Assembly (NCBI GenBank): GCA_026786005.1
Contig: JAJAYW010000075.1
Span: forward strand, 1 to 60,763
Direction of reading: 5' to 3'
DNA from: Lysobacter sp.
Lineage (GTDB): Bacteria; Pseudomonadota; Gammaproteobacteria; Xanthomonadales; Xanthomonadaceae
Length of the DNA stretch: 60,763 nt
The position numbers and the translations under genes were made by a program. Of the stretch, positions 13,972 through 24,656 are shown one piece after another. The notes under the pieces are model-generated. The model was not told where the DNA came from. It worked only from the letters and a program-made list of their open reading frames with translations, and did not search any database. How positions within the stretch are numbered: the first letter of the stretch is position 1; every line of letters begins with the position of its first letter.

Positions 13972-15101
13972 CTGCCTGCGCAGAATGCAGCGTAATCGAT
14001 ATATCCCTGAAATGGCTTGCCGGGCGCGCACACGGCGCAGTCAGGATCCGGCGACAGCCGAGTCTCGCGAAAACGCATCGCCAACGCATCGAAATGCAGC
14101 AAGCGTCCGTTCAAGGGTTGGCCGATACCCAACAACAACTTGATCGTTTCGGTTGCCTGCAACAGACCGATCACACCAGGCAACACCCCGAGCACACCGG
14201 CTTCGGCGCAATTGGGCGCGGCTTCTGGCGGCGGCGGTTCCGGGAACAGGCAGCGATAGCACGGCGCAACGCCGCGATTGCGGCCGGCATCGAACACGCT
14301 GACCTGTCCCTCGAACCGATGCACCGCGCCGTAAACCAGCGGCTTGGCGAGGTGCACGCAGGCATCGTTGAGCAGGTAACGCGCCGCGAAGTTGTCGGCG
14401 CCATCGATCACCACATCGACATCATCGAGCAGCCGCTCAATGTTCTCCGACGTGACCCGTTCGGCAACCGCTTCGATCGTAGTGCGCGGGTTCAGTGCCG
14501 ACAATGTCGTCGCAGCGGATTCGACTTTCGGCATGCCGATGTCCGCATCGGTATGCAGGATCTGGCGCTGCAGGTTGCTGCGATCGACGATGTCGTCATC
14601 GGCGATGCGCATCGTGCCGACGCCTGCCGCAGCGAGATAGAACGCGGCGGGCGAGCCCAGGCCGCCGGCGCCGATCAGCAATATGCGTGACGCTTCGAGT
14701 CGTCGTTGACCAACGACGCCCACTTCCGGCAGACGCAAATGACGCGAGTAGCGTTCGTGGAAATCATGGTCGATCTCGACTTCCAGCTTGGTGATCGGCA
14801 AACCTTCCGCGATCCAGCGACTGGTGCCGCCACGCACCGACACGACGTTTGTGTAGCCACTGCGCTGTAGCCGTTCCGCTGCAAGCATCGACCGCCCGCC
14901 GGCCTGGCAGATCAGCACGAGCTCCGCGTCGGGATCGCGTGCGTGGATCGCAGGGTGCGCTTCGAGTTCGGCCTTGGTCACGCCGAGCGCACCTTCTACC
15001 ATGCCAAGCGCCCATTCATGCTCTTCGCGCACGTCAATCAGCGCGACGCCTCGAGCCTGTCGCTGGTGGGCCTCGCGCGGACTGATTTCACGGGTGCTCA
15101 T
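13968..15101 (-). CDS. moeB: Molybdopterin-synthase adenylyltransferase (ThiF/MoeB family) with an N-terminal rhodanese domain
   Basis: Residues 1-100 look like rhodanese, with the active-site loop CQAGGRS. A ThiF domain follows with GAGGLGSP and the Cys pairs CYRC / CAVC. Confidence 0.85.
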   Translation of the reverse strand: MSTREISPREAHQRQARGVALIDVREEHEWALGMVEGALGVTKAELEAHPAIHARDPDAELVLICQAGGRSMLAAERLQRSGYTNVVSVRGGTSRWIAEGLPITKLEVEIDHDFHERYSRHLRLPEVGVVGQRRLEASRILLIGAGGLGSPAAFYLAAAGVGTMRIADDDIVDRSNLQRQILHTDADIGMPKVESAATTLSALNPRTTIEAVAERVTSENIERLLDDVDVVIDGADNFAARYLLNDACVHLAKPLVYGAVHRFEGQVSVFDAGRNRGVAPCYRCLFPEPPPPEAAPNCAEAGVLGVLPGVIGLLQATETIKLLLGIGQPLNGRLLHFDALAMRFRETRLSPDPDCAVCAPGKPFQGYIDYAAFCAGR

Positions 15102-15117
15102 GTCGGTAGTATCCGCC

Positions 15118-16332
15118 TTAGTAAGGCATCACTTCGACAACGCTGCCCGCCGTGTACTCGCGGACACCTTCGCGAAACACGATCAGGGCATCGCTATCGG
15201 CCGCCGCGCGCATCCGATGCGAGCCATCGGCGGGATTGGGGTGTACCGACAGCGTGCCATCCGTTTGCCAATCAAGCCGGCCACGCAGGAATTCGCGGCG
15301 TTCGTGGGTTTTACGCCACGGTGTTGCGAGCTTTGCGAAACCCGCTGGACGCAGTTCCGCCCTGCCCTGCATGCCGTCAAGCAAGGCCCGGCCGAGGGTA
15401 AGGTACGTAGCGAAAACAGACACGGGATTGCCGGGCAATCCGAGGAATTGCGCGCGGTCGAGTTGTCCAAACAGCAATGGCATGCCCGGCCTCATCATCA
15501 CTTTCCAGAAATGCACGCAGCCGTCGCGGATCAGCAATTCCGGAATGTGGTCCTTCTCGCCAGCCGACACTGCGCCGCAGGTGATGACGACATCGAATGC
15601 ACCCGCCGCGTCACCCAGCATCGATGCAACGCGCGCAGGGTCATCGGGCAAGGTTGGCCACGCAGTCGGCTCCAAGCCATCCACACGCAGCAGGCCCATC
15701 AGCAATTCACGATTGGAATTGTAGATTTCGCCGGGCCGCAACGGCATGCCCGGCTCCACAAGTTCGTCGCCGGTGGTGAAAACCGCAACCGTGGGACGTT
15801 GCGAAACCGCAAGCGAGGCAGCGCCGAGCGATGCGGCCATCGCGATGCGTGCGGGCGTCAGTGCGGCGCCGGCTTTCAGAACTTCGTCGCCCTCGCCAAC
15901 ATCCTCGCCTGCGCGACGGACATGCGCACCCGATTTGATGTCATCGGTAACGAAAATACGATCGCCTTCGAGGCGAACCCGTTCCTTCATGACGACGGTG
16001 TCGGCGGACGCTGGCATCGGCGCGCCAGTGGTGATGCGCAGGCATTCGCCTTGGCCGCATTGCAAATCGAGCGCGCGACCAGCGAATTGTTCGCCACTCA
16101 GGCGCAATCCTGTTTCACCTAAACCAAGGTCTGCATGACGAAAAGCAAATCCGTCCATGGCACTGTTGTCGAAAGGCGGCAAAGGCATGGATGCGATCAC
16201 GCCCTCCGCGAGGATGCGCCCATGCGCGCGCGAAAGCGCGATGCTTTCTGATGGCAAGCGATGTGTATTTGCGATCTCTTTGACAATGGTCAGCGCATCG
16301 TCAAAAAGAAGTCTGCTTGGAAAATTGGTCAT
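15118..16332 (-). CDS. moeA: Molybdopterin molybdenumtransferase
   Basis: PPFDNSAMDGFA motif and MoeA-like length. Start taken at MTNFPSRLLFDDAL (16332), because the longer start at 16377 would run into the repeat at 16357-16449. Confidence 0.87.
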   Translation of the reverse strand: MTNFPSRLLFDDALTIVKEIANTHRLPSESIALSRAHGRILAEGVIASMPLPPFDNSAMDGFAFRHADLGLGETGLRLSGEQFAGRALDLQCGQGECLRITTGAPMPASADTVVMKERVRLEGDRIFVTDDIKSGAHVRRAGEDVGEGDEVLKAGAALTPARIAMAASLGAASLAVSQRPTVAVFTTGDELVEPGMPLRPGEIYNSNRELLMGLLRVDGLEPTAWPTLPDDPARVASMLGDAAGAFDVVITCGAVSAGEKDHIPELLIRDGCVHFWKVMMRPGMPLLFGQLDRAQFLGLPGNPVSVFATYLTLGRALLDGMQGRAELRPAGFAKLATPWRKTHERREFLRGRLDWQTDGTLSVHPNPADGSHRMRAAADSDALIVFREGVREYTAGSVVEVMPY

Positions 16333-16356
16333 GGCATTAGGGACACTCTGAAAACT

Positions 16357-16449
16357 CGTCATCCCGGCGGCTTTCAACAGCGTAGCTGGTCAAGCCGGGA
16401 CCCAACTCCCAGTTATCTGAAGGTTGGGTTCCGGCTTGCCGGAATAACG
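16357..16449. repeat. MITE/REP-like inverted repeat, same family as 6946-7039, with a 22-nt insertion in one arm
   Basis: Left arm CGTCATCCCGGC[GGCTTTCAACAGCGTAGCTGGT]CAAGCCGGGACCCAAC. The reverse complement of the right arm is CGTTATTCCGGCAAGCCGGAACCCAAC. Lies between mobA and moeA. Confidence 0.55.
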
Positions 16450-16459
16450 GAAAGATTGA

Positions 16460-17059
16460 TCAGATTGTCCCTATCGTAACGCCAGCGCCGTCAAGATCGT
16501 CGGGTGTGTTGAGGTTGCCGAAACGAAAATGTCCAAATCGCGTCGGCAACATGTCGAGTCGGGATTGAAGTTCATGTACAGCCAGTGCATTGGCTGCCAG
16601 CGAGGATGCGACGGCATCTCTCGTTTTCGCGACCGGCCATAACGCTATCAATGGTTGCGAACCATCACCGTCTTCGGCGAATGTGCCTTGTCCATTCGCG
16701 GCAAAGCGTGCCAGAAAGTCAGGCGGGACTGCCACCACATCGACCGGAAGCGTCATCAGCCATTCGGTACGGCATGCCGCAACGAGGGCATCGATTCCAG
16801 CGAGTGGGCCTGCATCTACGATGCGGTCGGCCACCGTTTGCAACCCATGCTCTACGTAGCGCGGTAAATTGCGATTTGTGCTGACCAGAGTGGTCCTGAT
16901 CTGTGAGACGAACATATCGTGTAGACGAAGCACCTGCGGGACACAGTCACGCTGCAACCATGCCTTGTCGATGCCACCAAGACGCGTGGCTTGGCCGCCT
17001 GCGAGGATGCCGAGGGTGCAGTTGGGAAAGTTTGCGGGTTCTTTGCGCGAACCTCTCAT
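16460..17059 (-). CDS. mobA: Molybdenum cofactor guanylyltransferase
   Basis: N-terminal GILAGGQATRLGGIDK motif and typical MobA size (199 aa). Confidence 0.85.
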   Translation of the reverse strand: MRGSRKEPANFPNCTLGILAGGQATRLGGIDKAWLQRDCVPQVLRLHDMFVSQIRTTLVSTNRNLPRYVEHGLQTVADRIVDAGPLAGIDALVAACRTEWLMTLPVDVVAVPPDFLARFAANGQGTFAEDGDGSQPLIALWPVAKTRDAVASSLAANALAVHELQSRLDMLPTRFGHFRFGNLNTPDDLDGAGVTIGTI

Positions 17060-17173
17060 GTGCTCATACCGACCAAGGCGCTTCGGCGCAAAGGCTGCGG
17101 AGGAACAGAAAGCACTGGTCGTTGAGCACGGGATGACATTCTGGCAGCGCCGCGCTATGCGCGGGCCAAGGTC

Positions 17174-18574
17174 TTATTTGCCGCGTTTGACATGCCGGAT
17201 CAGGCGACGCTTCTTGGCGACTTGCCGATCGGTCAGGACATTCTTCTTGTCCTTGTACGGGTTCTCGCCTTCCCTGAAAACGAAGCGGATTGGCGTGCCC
17301 ACCAGCTTGAAACGCTTGCGGAAGAAGTTTTCCAGATAGCGCCGATACGTTTCAGACAATGCCTTCAAACGCGTGCCGTGGACGATGAAGGTCGGCGGGT
17401 TGGCGCCACCCGGATGCGCGTAGCGCAGCTTCGGGATATGACCGCGCACAACCGGCGGCGGATTGGTTTCGTAAGCGATTTCAACGGCCTTGGTGACATC
17501 GGCCGTGCTGAACTGATGCGTTGCCGAAGCATGGGCGCGATGGATGGCCTTGAACAGTTCGCGCAAACCCGAGCCATGCAACGCGGAAATGCGTACGGTT
17601 TCGGCCCATTCGACAAAGCTGAGTTTGCGCGACAACAATGATTCGGTCTGCTGCCGCGTGTAGTCGGTCTGGCCGTCCCATTTGTTGACGGCGATAACCA
17701 AGGCGCGGCCTGCATCCAGCACCGCGCCGAGAACAGTCGCATCCTGGTCGGTCACGCCTTCGGTCGCGTCCAGCATGATCACCGCGACCTGGCATTGTTC
17801 GATGGCCTGCAGCGTCTTGAACACGGAAAACTTTTCGACGGCTTCCTCGACGCGTGCCCTGCGACGCAATCCCGCGGTATCGATCAACCGGTATTTGCGA
17901 CCGTCGCGCTCCAGATCAACCGAGATCGAATCGCGCGTGGTTCCCGGCACTTCGGACGCGATCATCCGCTCCTCACCGAGGATGCGATTGACCAGCGTGG
18001 ACTTGCCGACGTTCGGGCGGCCGACGAATGCGATGCGGACGCGTTCGGGATCGTCGTCGAGGATTTCGGTGTCGCCGTCTTTCGGCAAACGCTCCAGGGC
18101 ATATTCGAGAACGTCATCGATGCCTTGCCGATGCGCCGCCGCAATCGGGATGATCTCGCTGAATCCGTAGCGCGCGAATTCGGTCGTTGCCGCTTGTGCA
18201 TCGAGGCCGTCGATCTTGTTGACGATCAGCACTGTCGGCCGGGCCGCCTTGCGCAGCCAGCGCAGGATGTCGTCGTCGAGTGTCGAAGGCCCTTCGCGGC
18301 CATCGACGATGAATAGCACCAGATCAGCTTCTTCGGCCGCAGCACGCGCCTGTTTTGCGGTCGCGCCAGCGAGGCCCTCGTCGATGCCGGCAATGCCGCC
18401 GGTGTCCACGACAGCGAACGGCCGCTCTTCGTCCAAACGACAGACGCCGTAGTTTCGGTCGCGAGTGACGCCGGGCTGGTCATGGACCAGCGCGTCGCGA
18501 CTGCGTGTCAGCGCATTGAATAAAGTGGATTTGCCGACATTGGGCCGACCGACCAGAGCGACCAGCGGCAACAT
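17174..18574 (-). CDS. der: Ribosome-associated GTPase Der (EngA)
   Basis: Two tandem G domains, each with GRPNVGKST, plus a basic C-terminal KH-like tail. Confidence 0.95.
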   Translation of the reverse strand: MLPLVALVGRPNVGKSTLFNALTRSRDALVHDQPGVTRDRNYGVCRLDEERPFAVVDTGGIAGIDEGLAGATAKQARAAAEEADLVLFIVDGREGPSTLDDDILRWLRKAARPTVLIVNKIDGLDAQAATTEFARYGFSEIIPIAAAHRQGIDDVLEYALERLPKDGDTEILDDDPERVRIAFVGRPNVGKSTLVNRILGEERMIASEVPGTTRDSISVDLERDGRKYRLIDTAGLRRRARVEEAVEKFSVFKTLQAIEQCQVAVIMLDATEGVTDQDATVLGAVLDAGRALVIAVNKWDGQTDYTRQQTESLLSRKLSFVEWAETVRISALHGSGLRELFKAIHRAHASATHQFSTADVTKAVEIAYETNPPPVVRGHIPKLRYAHPGGANPPTFIVHGTRLKALSETYRRYLENFFRKRFKLVGTPIRFVFREGENPYKDKKNVLTDRQVAKKRRLIRHVKRGK

Positions 18575-18578
18575 GGCA

Positions 18579-19760
18579 TTACTGACCTAGACGGAAGGCG
18601 GACAACTCGCCATTGGTGTTCTGTGCGACCAGGATGCCGTCGACGACCACAGGCTGCGCCTTGATGGCCTTGCCACCCATGCGTGCGCGCGCCGCAACTT
18701 CACCGTTGTCGAGTTTGAGCCAGTGCAGGTAGCCGTCGTAATCGCCGACGACCGCATAGCTGCCTTGCACCGCCGGTGCAGTCAACAGGCGTCGCGCCAG
18801 AATGGGCTGCGACCAAAGCGCACTGCCGGTTGCGCGATCCAGGGCCCACACGGTGCCTGCGGAATCGGCAACGGCCAGACGATCACTGCCGACTCCGACG
18901 CCGCCGACCCCGCCACTGTCCTTGACCCACAACGGACGCCCGCTCGGTGCGTCGATGGCGATCGTCTGCATCTTGTAGCTGCTGGCGTAGAGCGTGGTAT
19001 CGACGAGGACGGGGCTGCCATCCACATCGGAAATGCGCTCGAGTTCGCTGCGACCTTCTGGCTGCGCAACCGGGATGTCCCACAACTGACTACCATCAGT
19101 CATCGACAATGCGACGACTCTGCCGTCATCGTTGCCGACGAAGACGTAGCCCGGGCCCAACGTCGGCGCGCCGTTGCCGCGCACGGTGAGTGCGGGCAAC
19201 TCACGGCTGGAGAACCAGCGACGTTCGCCTGATGTCGCGTCGAATGCCGTGATTCGACCGTCGTTGGAGCGCACGAATACCATGCCGTTGCCGATCGAAG
19301 GCGCAGCGATGACTTCGTTGCTGACCTTGGCCTTCCATTTTTCGGCGCCGGTTGCGGCGTCGAGCGCAATCACGTCGCCGTCGAGGCTCCCGACCACGAC
19401 CAGGCCTTCACCCGCGCCCGGGCCACCGCTGAGGCGCGCATCGGATTCGTAGCGCCAGACCGACTGGCCGTTTTGAAGATCGAACGCCCGAACGCCGCCT
19501 TCGACCGCTGCCGCATAGACGCGGCCATCGGCAATCGCCGGTTTTTGCAGCACGCCAAGACGATCCTCGCCCTTGCCTGCCGACACGGACCAAAGTTTGG
19601 AGACCGTGGCGGTGGGCGTGAACTCCACCAGTTTGGCCGGCTCCAGCGCCTTGTCCTTGCTCCTGCCGCCGAACAAGTTCTTGACGGTGGTGCAACCGCC
19701 CAAGGCGAATACGCATACGGCAACAACGGCGGCACGTTTCAGCATTGAAACTTGGGTCAT
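18579..19760 (-). CDS. bamB: Outer-membrane protein assembly factor BamB
   Basis: Lipobox FALGGCTT and repeated PQQ-like beta-propeller blades. Position between yfgM and der matches the conserved order. Confidence 0.87.
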   Translation of the reverse strand: MTQVSMLKRAAVVAVCVFALGGCTTVKNLFGGRSKDKALEPAKLVEFTPTATVSKLWSVSAGKGEDRLGVLQKPAIADGRVYAAAVEGGVRAFDLQNGQSVWRYESDARLSGGPGAGEGLVVVGSLDGDVIALDAATGAEKWKAKVSNEVIAAPSIGNGMVFVRSNDGRITAFDATSGERRWFSSRELPALTVRGNGAPTLGPGYVFVGNDDGRVVALSMTDGSQLWDIPVAQPEGRSELERISDVDGSPVLVDTTLYASSYKMQTIAIDAPSGRPLWVKDSGGVGGVGVGSDRLAVADSAGTVWALDRATGSALWSQPILARRLLTAPAVQGSYAVVGDYDGYLHWLKLDNGEVAARARMGGKAIKAQPVVVDGILVAQNTNGELSAFRLGQ

Positions 19761-19822
19761 GGGGTTGAACTTCCTCGAGTCGGACGCCGACGCTTGTCGT
19801 CGGCGGACAGTGTCGCAGTGTC

Positions 19823-20470
19823 TCAGGTCTTGTTGGCCGGCTTGGCGGGGAGACCGCCGACATCGGTCAGCTTGAGTTCAAGCAAACGGCGCTGTGGAGA
19901 ACCCATGTCGATCTTCGACAGGGCCTTGCCGTAAACATCGCGCGCAGCATCGCGCTGTCCGAGCGCGTGGAGCGCGTCGCCGCGCACTTCGAGCATCCCG
20001 GCGCTGTCGGCATTGTCCAGCAGCTTGATCGCGTCCGAGGGTTTGCCTGCATCGATCAGCAAACGTGCCAGGCGCTGGTTGATGACCTCAGCCAAGCCTG
20101 CATCGTGATTCTTGATGTTGCGCAGGGTGCTAATCGCTGCATCGCGCTGGTTCGCCTCGACTTGCGCCTTGGCCAGTTGCAAGCCGGCGAGCGCGGCATA
20201 TGGCCCCTGGTCTTTCAGTGCGGCAACTTGTTTCGCTGCGTCAGCCGGGTTGGCGGCGATTGCCTTGATGGCTTTGTCGTACTGTTGTGAGGCTTCGACC
20301 CGCCCTGCCAGCTGCTGCTTTTGCCACCACTGCCAGCCGCCGACCAGACCCAGTCCGAGCACGACCCCACCGATCAGACCTGCGGCATTCTTCTGCAACC
20401 AGGTGCGCACACGTTCACTTTGTTCATGCTCGTTGAGCAGGTCGTCCATCGCCATGGGGTTTCTCGCCAC
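19823..20470 (-). CDS. yfgM: YfgM-family membrane-anchored TPR-like protein
   Basis: One TM segment (LIGGVVLGLGLVGGWQWW) followed by a helical repeat region, immediately upstream of bamB. The ATG at 20455 is an alternative start to the GTG at 20470. Confidence 0.72.
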   Translation of the reverse strand: MARNPMAMDDLLNEHEQSERVRTWLQKNAAGLIGGVVLGLGLVGGWQWWQKQQLAGRVEASQQYDKAIKAIAANPADAAKQVAALKDQGPYAALAGLQLAKAQVEANQRDAAISTLRNIKNHDAGLAEVINQRLARLLIDAGKPSDAIKLLDNADSAGMLEVRGDALHALGQRDAARDVYGKALSKIDMGSPQRRLLELKLTDVGGLPAKPANKT

Positions 20471-20528
20471 GCGTCAACGCGGTCTTCAATAAGTTTGGGG
20501 AGGATTGGCTCTGAGCCGCGCAGCTGGG

Positions 20529-21338
20529 TCAGTCGGCAAGCGGCACGAGCGACCCGTCGGAGGATACCGCAAAGCGAACGACGTTCGCTCGTTGGAACGG
20601 CGCAAGACTCACCGGTTGCCCGGCGAGCAGCACTTCGACGGCGGACGCATTGCCCAGCACGATCTTCGCAACCTGGCCATTGGCATAGCTGCGTTGCGTG
20701 CCCATTGCAGCCAAGCCCTTTTCAATCATTGTGCCATCTGCGCCGACCACTTCGACCCAGCTGTCACCCTTGAAATGGATCGACAATGCCGCCGCGGACG
20801 CCGGCCGCGAAGGCATGGGTGCCATCGAAGCAGCGACCGTCGCACGCTCTGCCGATGCGGCTGGCGGCGGTGTCACGGTGCTGTCGGCCGAGGGCACATC
20901 CAGGGGCGTGGTGTCCTGCGGCGACGGCAGGCTGATGGGGCCTCGCGTGGCCATCATCCACACCGGCACCACGATCACGGCGGTCATCACCACATAAACC
21001 AGTCGACGCCCGGCCTGCTCGACCAGGCGTTGCAACGGCGGCGTATGGACATGGCTGACCAGCCTGGATGGCTCAACGGAGCCAACACCGGCGGCCTCCA
21101 TCATTGAATCGATATTGACTCCCAGCAGGCGCGCATAACTACGCAGTTGCCCACGCACGAATACCGCGGCGCCAAGGCGGTCCCAATGTTCGTCCTCCAG
21201 CGATTGCAGCACGCGGACCGGCATCTTCAAACGCGTACTCACCTGTTCGAGGCTGAGCCCCGCCGCTTCGCGCGCCTCGCGCAAACGCGCGCCACAACCA
21301 TCCGCACGCAAGGTGGTCTGGATTTCGACGCTGGTCAT
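20529..21338 (-). CDS. rodZ: Cytoskeleton protein RodZ (HTH plus TM plus C-terminal domain)
   Basis: N-terminal XRE-type HTH (LREAREAAGLSLEQVSTRLKM), a central TM segment, and a Pro/Ser-rich linker. ATGA overlap with pilW. Confidence 0.8.
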   Translation of the reverse strand: MTSVEIQTTLRADGCGARLREAREAAGLSLEQVSTRLKMPVRVLQSLEDEHWDRLGAAVFVRGQLRSYARLLGVNIDSMMEAAGVGSVEPSRLVSHVHTPPLQRLVEQAGRRLVYVVMTAVIVVPVWMMATRGPISLPSPQDTTPLDVPSADSTVTPPPAASAERATVAASMAPMPSRPASAAALSIHFKGDSWVEVVGADGTMIEKGLAAMGTQRSYANGQVAKIVLGNASAVEVLLAGQPVSLAPFQRANVVRFAVSSDGSLVPLAD

Positions 21339-22151
21339 CGTGTTTCACTCCCCGGGGGATAGGCAGCGCTGGCATCCGGGAACTCCGCCCGTAATCTCCG
21401 AACATAACGATCGGCCGCAACCCTGTCGCCGAGTTTCATTTCGATTTGTGACGCGAGTTGCAGCGCGCTGGCGTCCGGTGGTGATGCCGCCAGACGGCGC
21501 TCGGAAAACGCGCGCGCCTCGAAGAAGCGATTGGCGCGGAAAGCGCTTTCCGCCATGGTCACCAGTGCAACCGGATTCCCGGGATCGAGTTGCAAGGCCG
21601 CACGCGAATCTCGTTCCGCCCGCACACCCTGCCCGGATTTCAACGCACAGGAACCGCCATTGGCCAGCGCCGATGCCGGCGACGCATAACCGGGGTCCTG
21701 AAGCGCGCGATCGAACCAGCCCAATGATTCCGCCGCTCGGCCGCTGCCGCAGAGCCAAGCGCCGTAGTTGTTCAAAACCGACCCGTTCGCCGGCGCCAGT
21801 TCCGCGGCGCGGCGGTAATGGTCGCCTGATTTTGCACTTTTCCCGCGCCGTCCCTCGATCACCGCCAGCAAGGTATGCGCATCGGACGATTTGGAATCAG
21901 CCCGGAGTGCTTCCCTGGCTTCCCGTTCCGCACTGGAGTCATCGCCAGCCTGGAGGAATTTCTGCGATGCGCTCAGGTGATTACGCGCGTTGGCCAACTG
22001 GCTGCTGCGACGGTCGGATCGATCGGGTCGGAGTTCGACCGGACGCGCTACCTCGTTCTCGGAACCCTTGCGACTCAAATCGGGCTTGATGAAGGTCAAT
22101 CGGCTGCATGCTGTTGCCAGCAACATCGAAACGGCCGCCAGCAGCAGTGCC

Positions 22152-22165
<14 letters not shown>
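21335..22165 (-). CDS. pilW: Type IV pilus biogenesis/stability TPR lipoprotein (PilW/PilF)
   Basis: Lipobox LLATAC and TPR repeats. Sits between rlmN and rodZ, as in Pseudomonas and Xanthomonas. Confidence 0.75.
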
Positions 22166-23318
<1,153 letters not shown>

Positions 23319-23325
23319 GAGTCAA

Positions 23326-23751
23326 TCAACGCGAATACAGATCCGTGGCGGGAAAGAAGTAAGCGATTTCGACGGCCGCTGTTTCGGCCGCATCGGAACC
23401 ATGTACCGCATTGGCATCGATACTGTCGGCGAAGTCTGCGCGAATCGTTCCCGCTGCCGCTTCCTTGGGATTGGTTGCGCCCATCAGGTCGCGATGCTTG
23501 GCAACGGCATTGTCGCCTTCCAGCACTTGCACGATGACCGGACCGGAACTCATGAATTCGACAAGCGAGTTGAAGAACGGACGCTCGCGATGCACTGCGT
23601 AAAAACCTTCGGCTTCCTTGCGCGACAGATGGGTCATGCGGGCGGCCACGATTTTCAATCCGGCCTTTTCAAAACGTGAATAAATCTGGCCGATGACGTT
23701 CTTTGCAACGGCATCGGGTTTGACTATTGATAAGGTGCGCTCCAGCGCCAT
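23326..23751 (-). CDS. ndk: Nucleoside diphosphate kinase
   Basis: [16 protein letters not shown]-terminus and the active-site NAVHGSD. Confidence 0.95.
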   Translation of the reverse strand: MALERTLSIVKPDAVAKNVIGQIYSRFEKAGLKIVAARMTHLSRKEAEGFYAVHRERPFFNSLVEFMSSGPVIVQVLEGDNAVAKHRDLMGATNPKEAAAGTIRADFADSIDANAVHGSDAAETAAVEIAYFFPATDLYSR

Positions 23752-23943
23752 GGGGATTGCTCCAGTGTGCGGGGACCATCAGGTGCAGCAGACACCTGTA
23801 AGCGGCCCGAGGTTACATGAAAATCCGCGTGGGAACGCGGGGTTAGGACAACTTCCGAAGGGAATTTTAACGTATGCGTCACCTTGCGTGCACCCGGTTA
23901 CGGATGTTTTTCAGTTGACCTGACACCGTCGAATCCGGCATAA

Positions 23944-23961
23944 TTCAAGCAATCGTTTGAA
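23944..23961. promoter_or_regulatory. Candidate PsrA-type operator (imperfect palindrome TTCAAGCAATCGTTTGAA)
   Basis: 14 of 18 positions are self-complementary. The core CAAGC-N4-GTTTG is one mismatch from the CAAAC-N(2-4)-GTTTG box reported for Pseudomonas PsrA. Lies 30 nt upstream of the TetR gene start. Confidence 0.35.
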
Positions 23962-23991
23962 TCGCCTATTTGAAGCGGAGTCGCCTCTCTC

Positions 23992-24630
23992 ATGGCCGGA
24001 ACGCAATTCAACACCAAGGACCGCATCCTGGGCGCAGCCGAATCACTGTTCGCCCAGCAGGGATTCGCCGGCACCTCCCTGCGCGAAGTCACGAGCCGCG
24101 CCGACGTCAACATCGCTGCCGTCAACTACCACTTCGGCAGCAAGGAAAACTTGATCAACGAGGTGTTCCGCCGTCGCCTGGATGAGCTCTCGGAGCGGCG
24201 TCTTGGCGCACTACAGGTCGCGCGGGAGCAGCATCCTGGCGATCTCGAATGGATCCTTGCTGCCTTCATCGAACCAGCGCTGGCCTTGAGCCTGGATCGC
24301 CACGGCGGCACGGCTTTCGTCCGTGTACTGGCCCGCGCCTATGCCGAAAAAGATGAGCGCCTGCGCCAGTTCGTCTCCGAACACTACGGCCATGTCATGC
24401 GCGAATTCTCGAAGGCGATCTCGGCTTGCCTGCCAGATGTGTCGCGCGAATCGATGGGCTGGCGCCTGGATTTCGTCGCCGGAGCGTTGACGTACGCCAT
24501 GGCGGATTTCGGCCACAACAAGCGGATGGCCGCAGTCAATGAGCAGGCCCATTGCAAACGCGCCGCGCAGGAGCTGGTGCGGTTTGCCGCCTCCGGCCTG
24601 CAAGCCAAGCCTGATCACTTAAGAAATTAA
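23992..24630 (+). CDS. psrA: TetR-family regulator, PsrA-like (fatty-acid degradation regulator)
   Basis: HTH region ILGAAESLFAQQGFAGTSLREVTSRADVNIAAVNYHFGSKENL closely parallels Pseudomonas PsrA. Sits directly upstream of the beta-oxidation genes. Confidence 0.75.
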   Translation: MAGTQFNTKDRILGAAESLFAQQGFAGTSLREVTSRADVNIAAVNYHFGSKENLINEVFRRRLDELSERRLGALQVAREQHPGDLEWILAAFIEPALALSLDRHGGTAFVRVLARAYAEKDERLRQFVSEHYGHVMREFSKAISACLPDVSRESMGWRLDFVAGALTYAMADFGHNKRMAAVNEQAHCKRAAQELVRFAASGLQAKPDHLRN

Positions 24631-24656
24631 ATAACAAAATCAAATGGATGTAAACC

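Noticed and set aside
17060-17173. A possible Moco riboswitch upstream of mobA-moeA-moeB.
   Set aside because: The region is only ~110 nt and contains just two small hairpins. I cannot recognise the conserved Moco-motif stems. Such riboswitches usually precede moaA or transporter genes rather than mobA. An Infernal scan would settle it.
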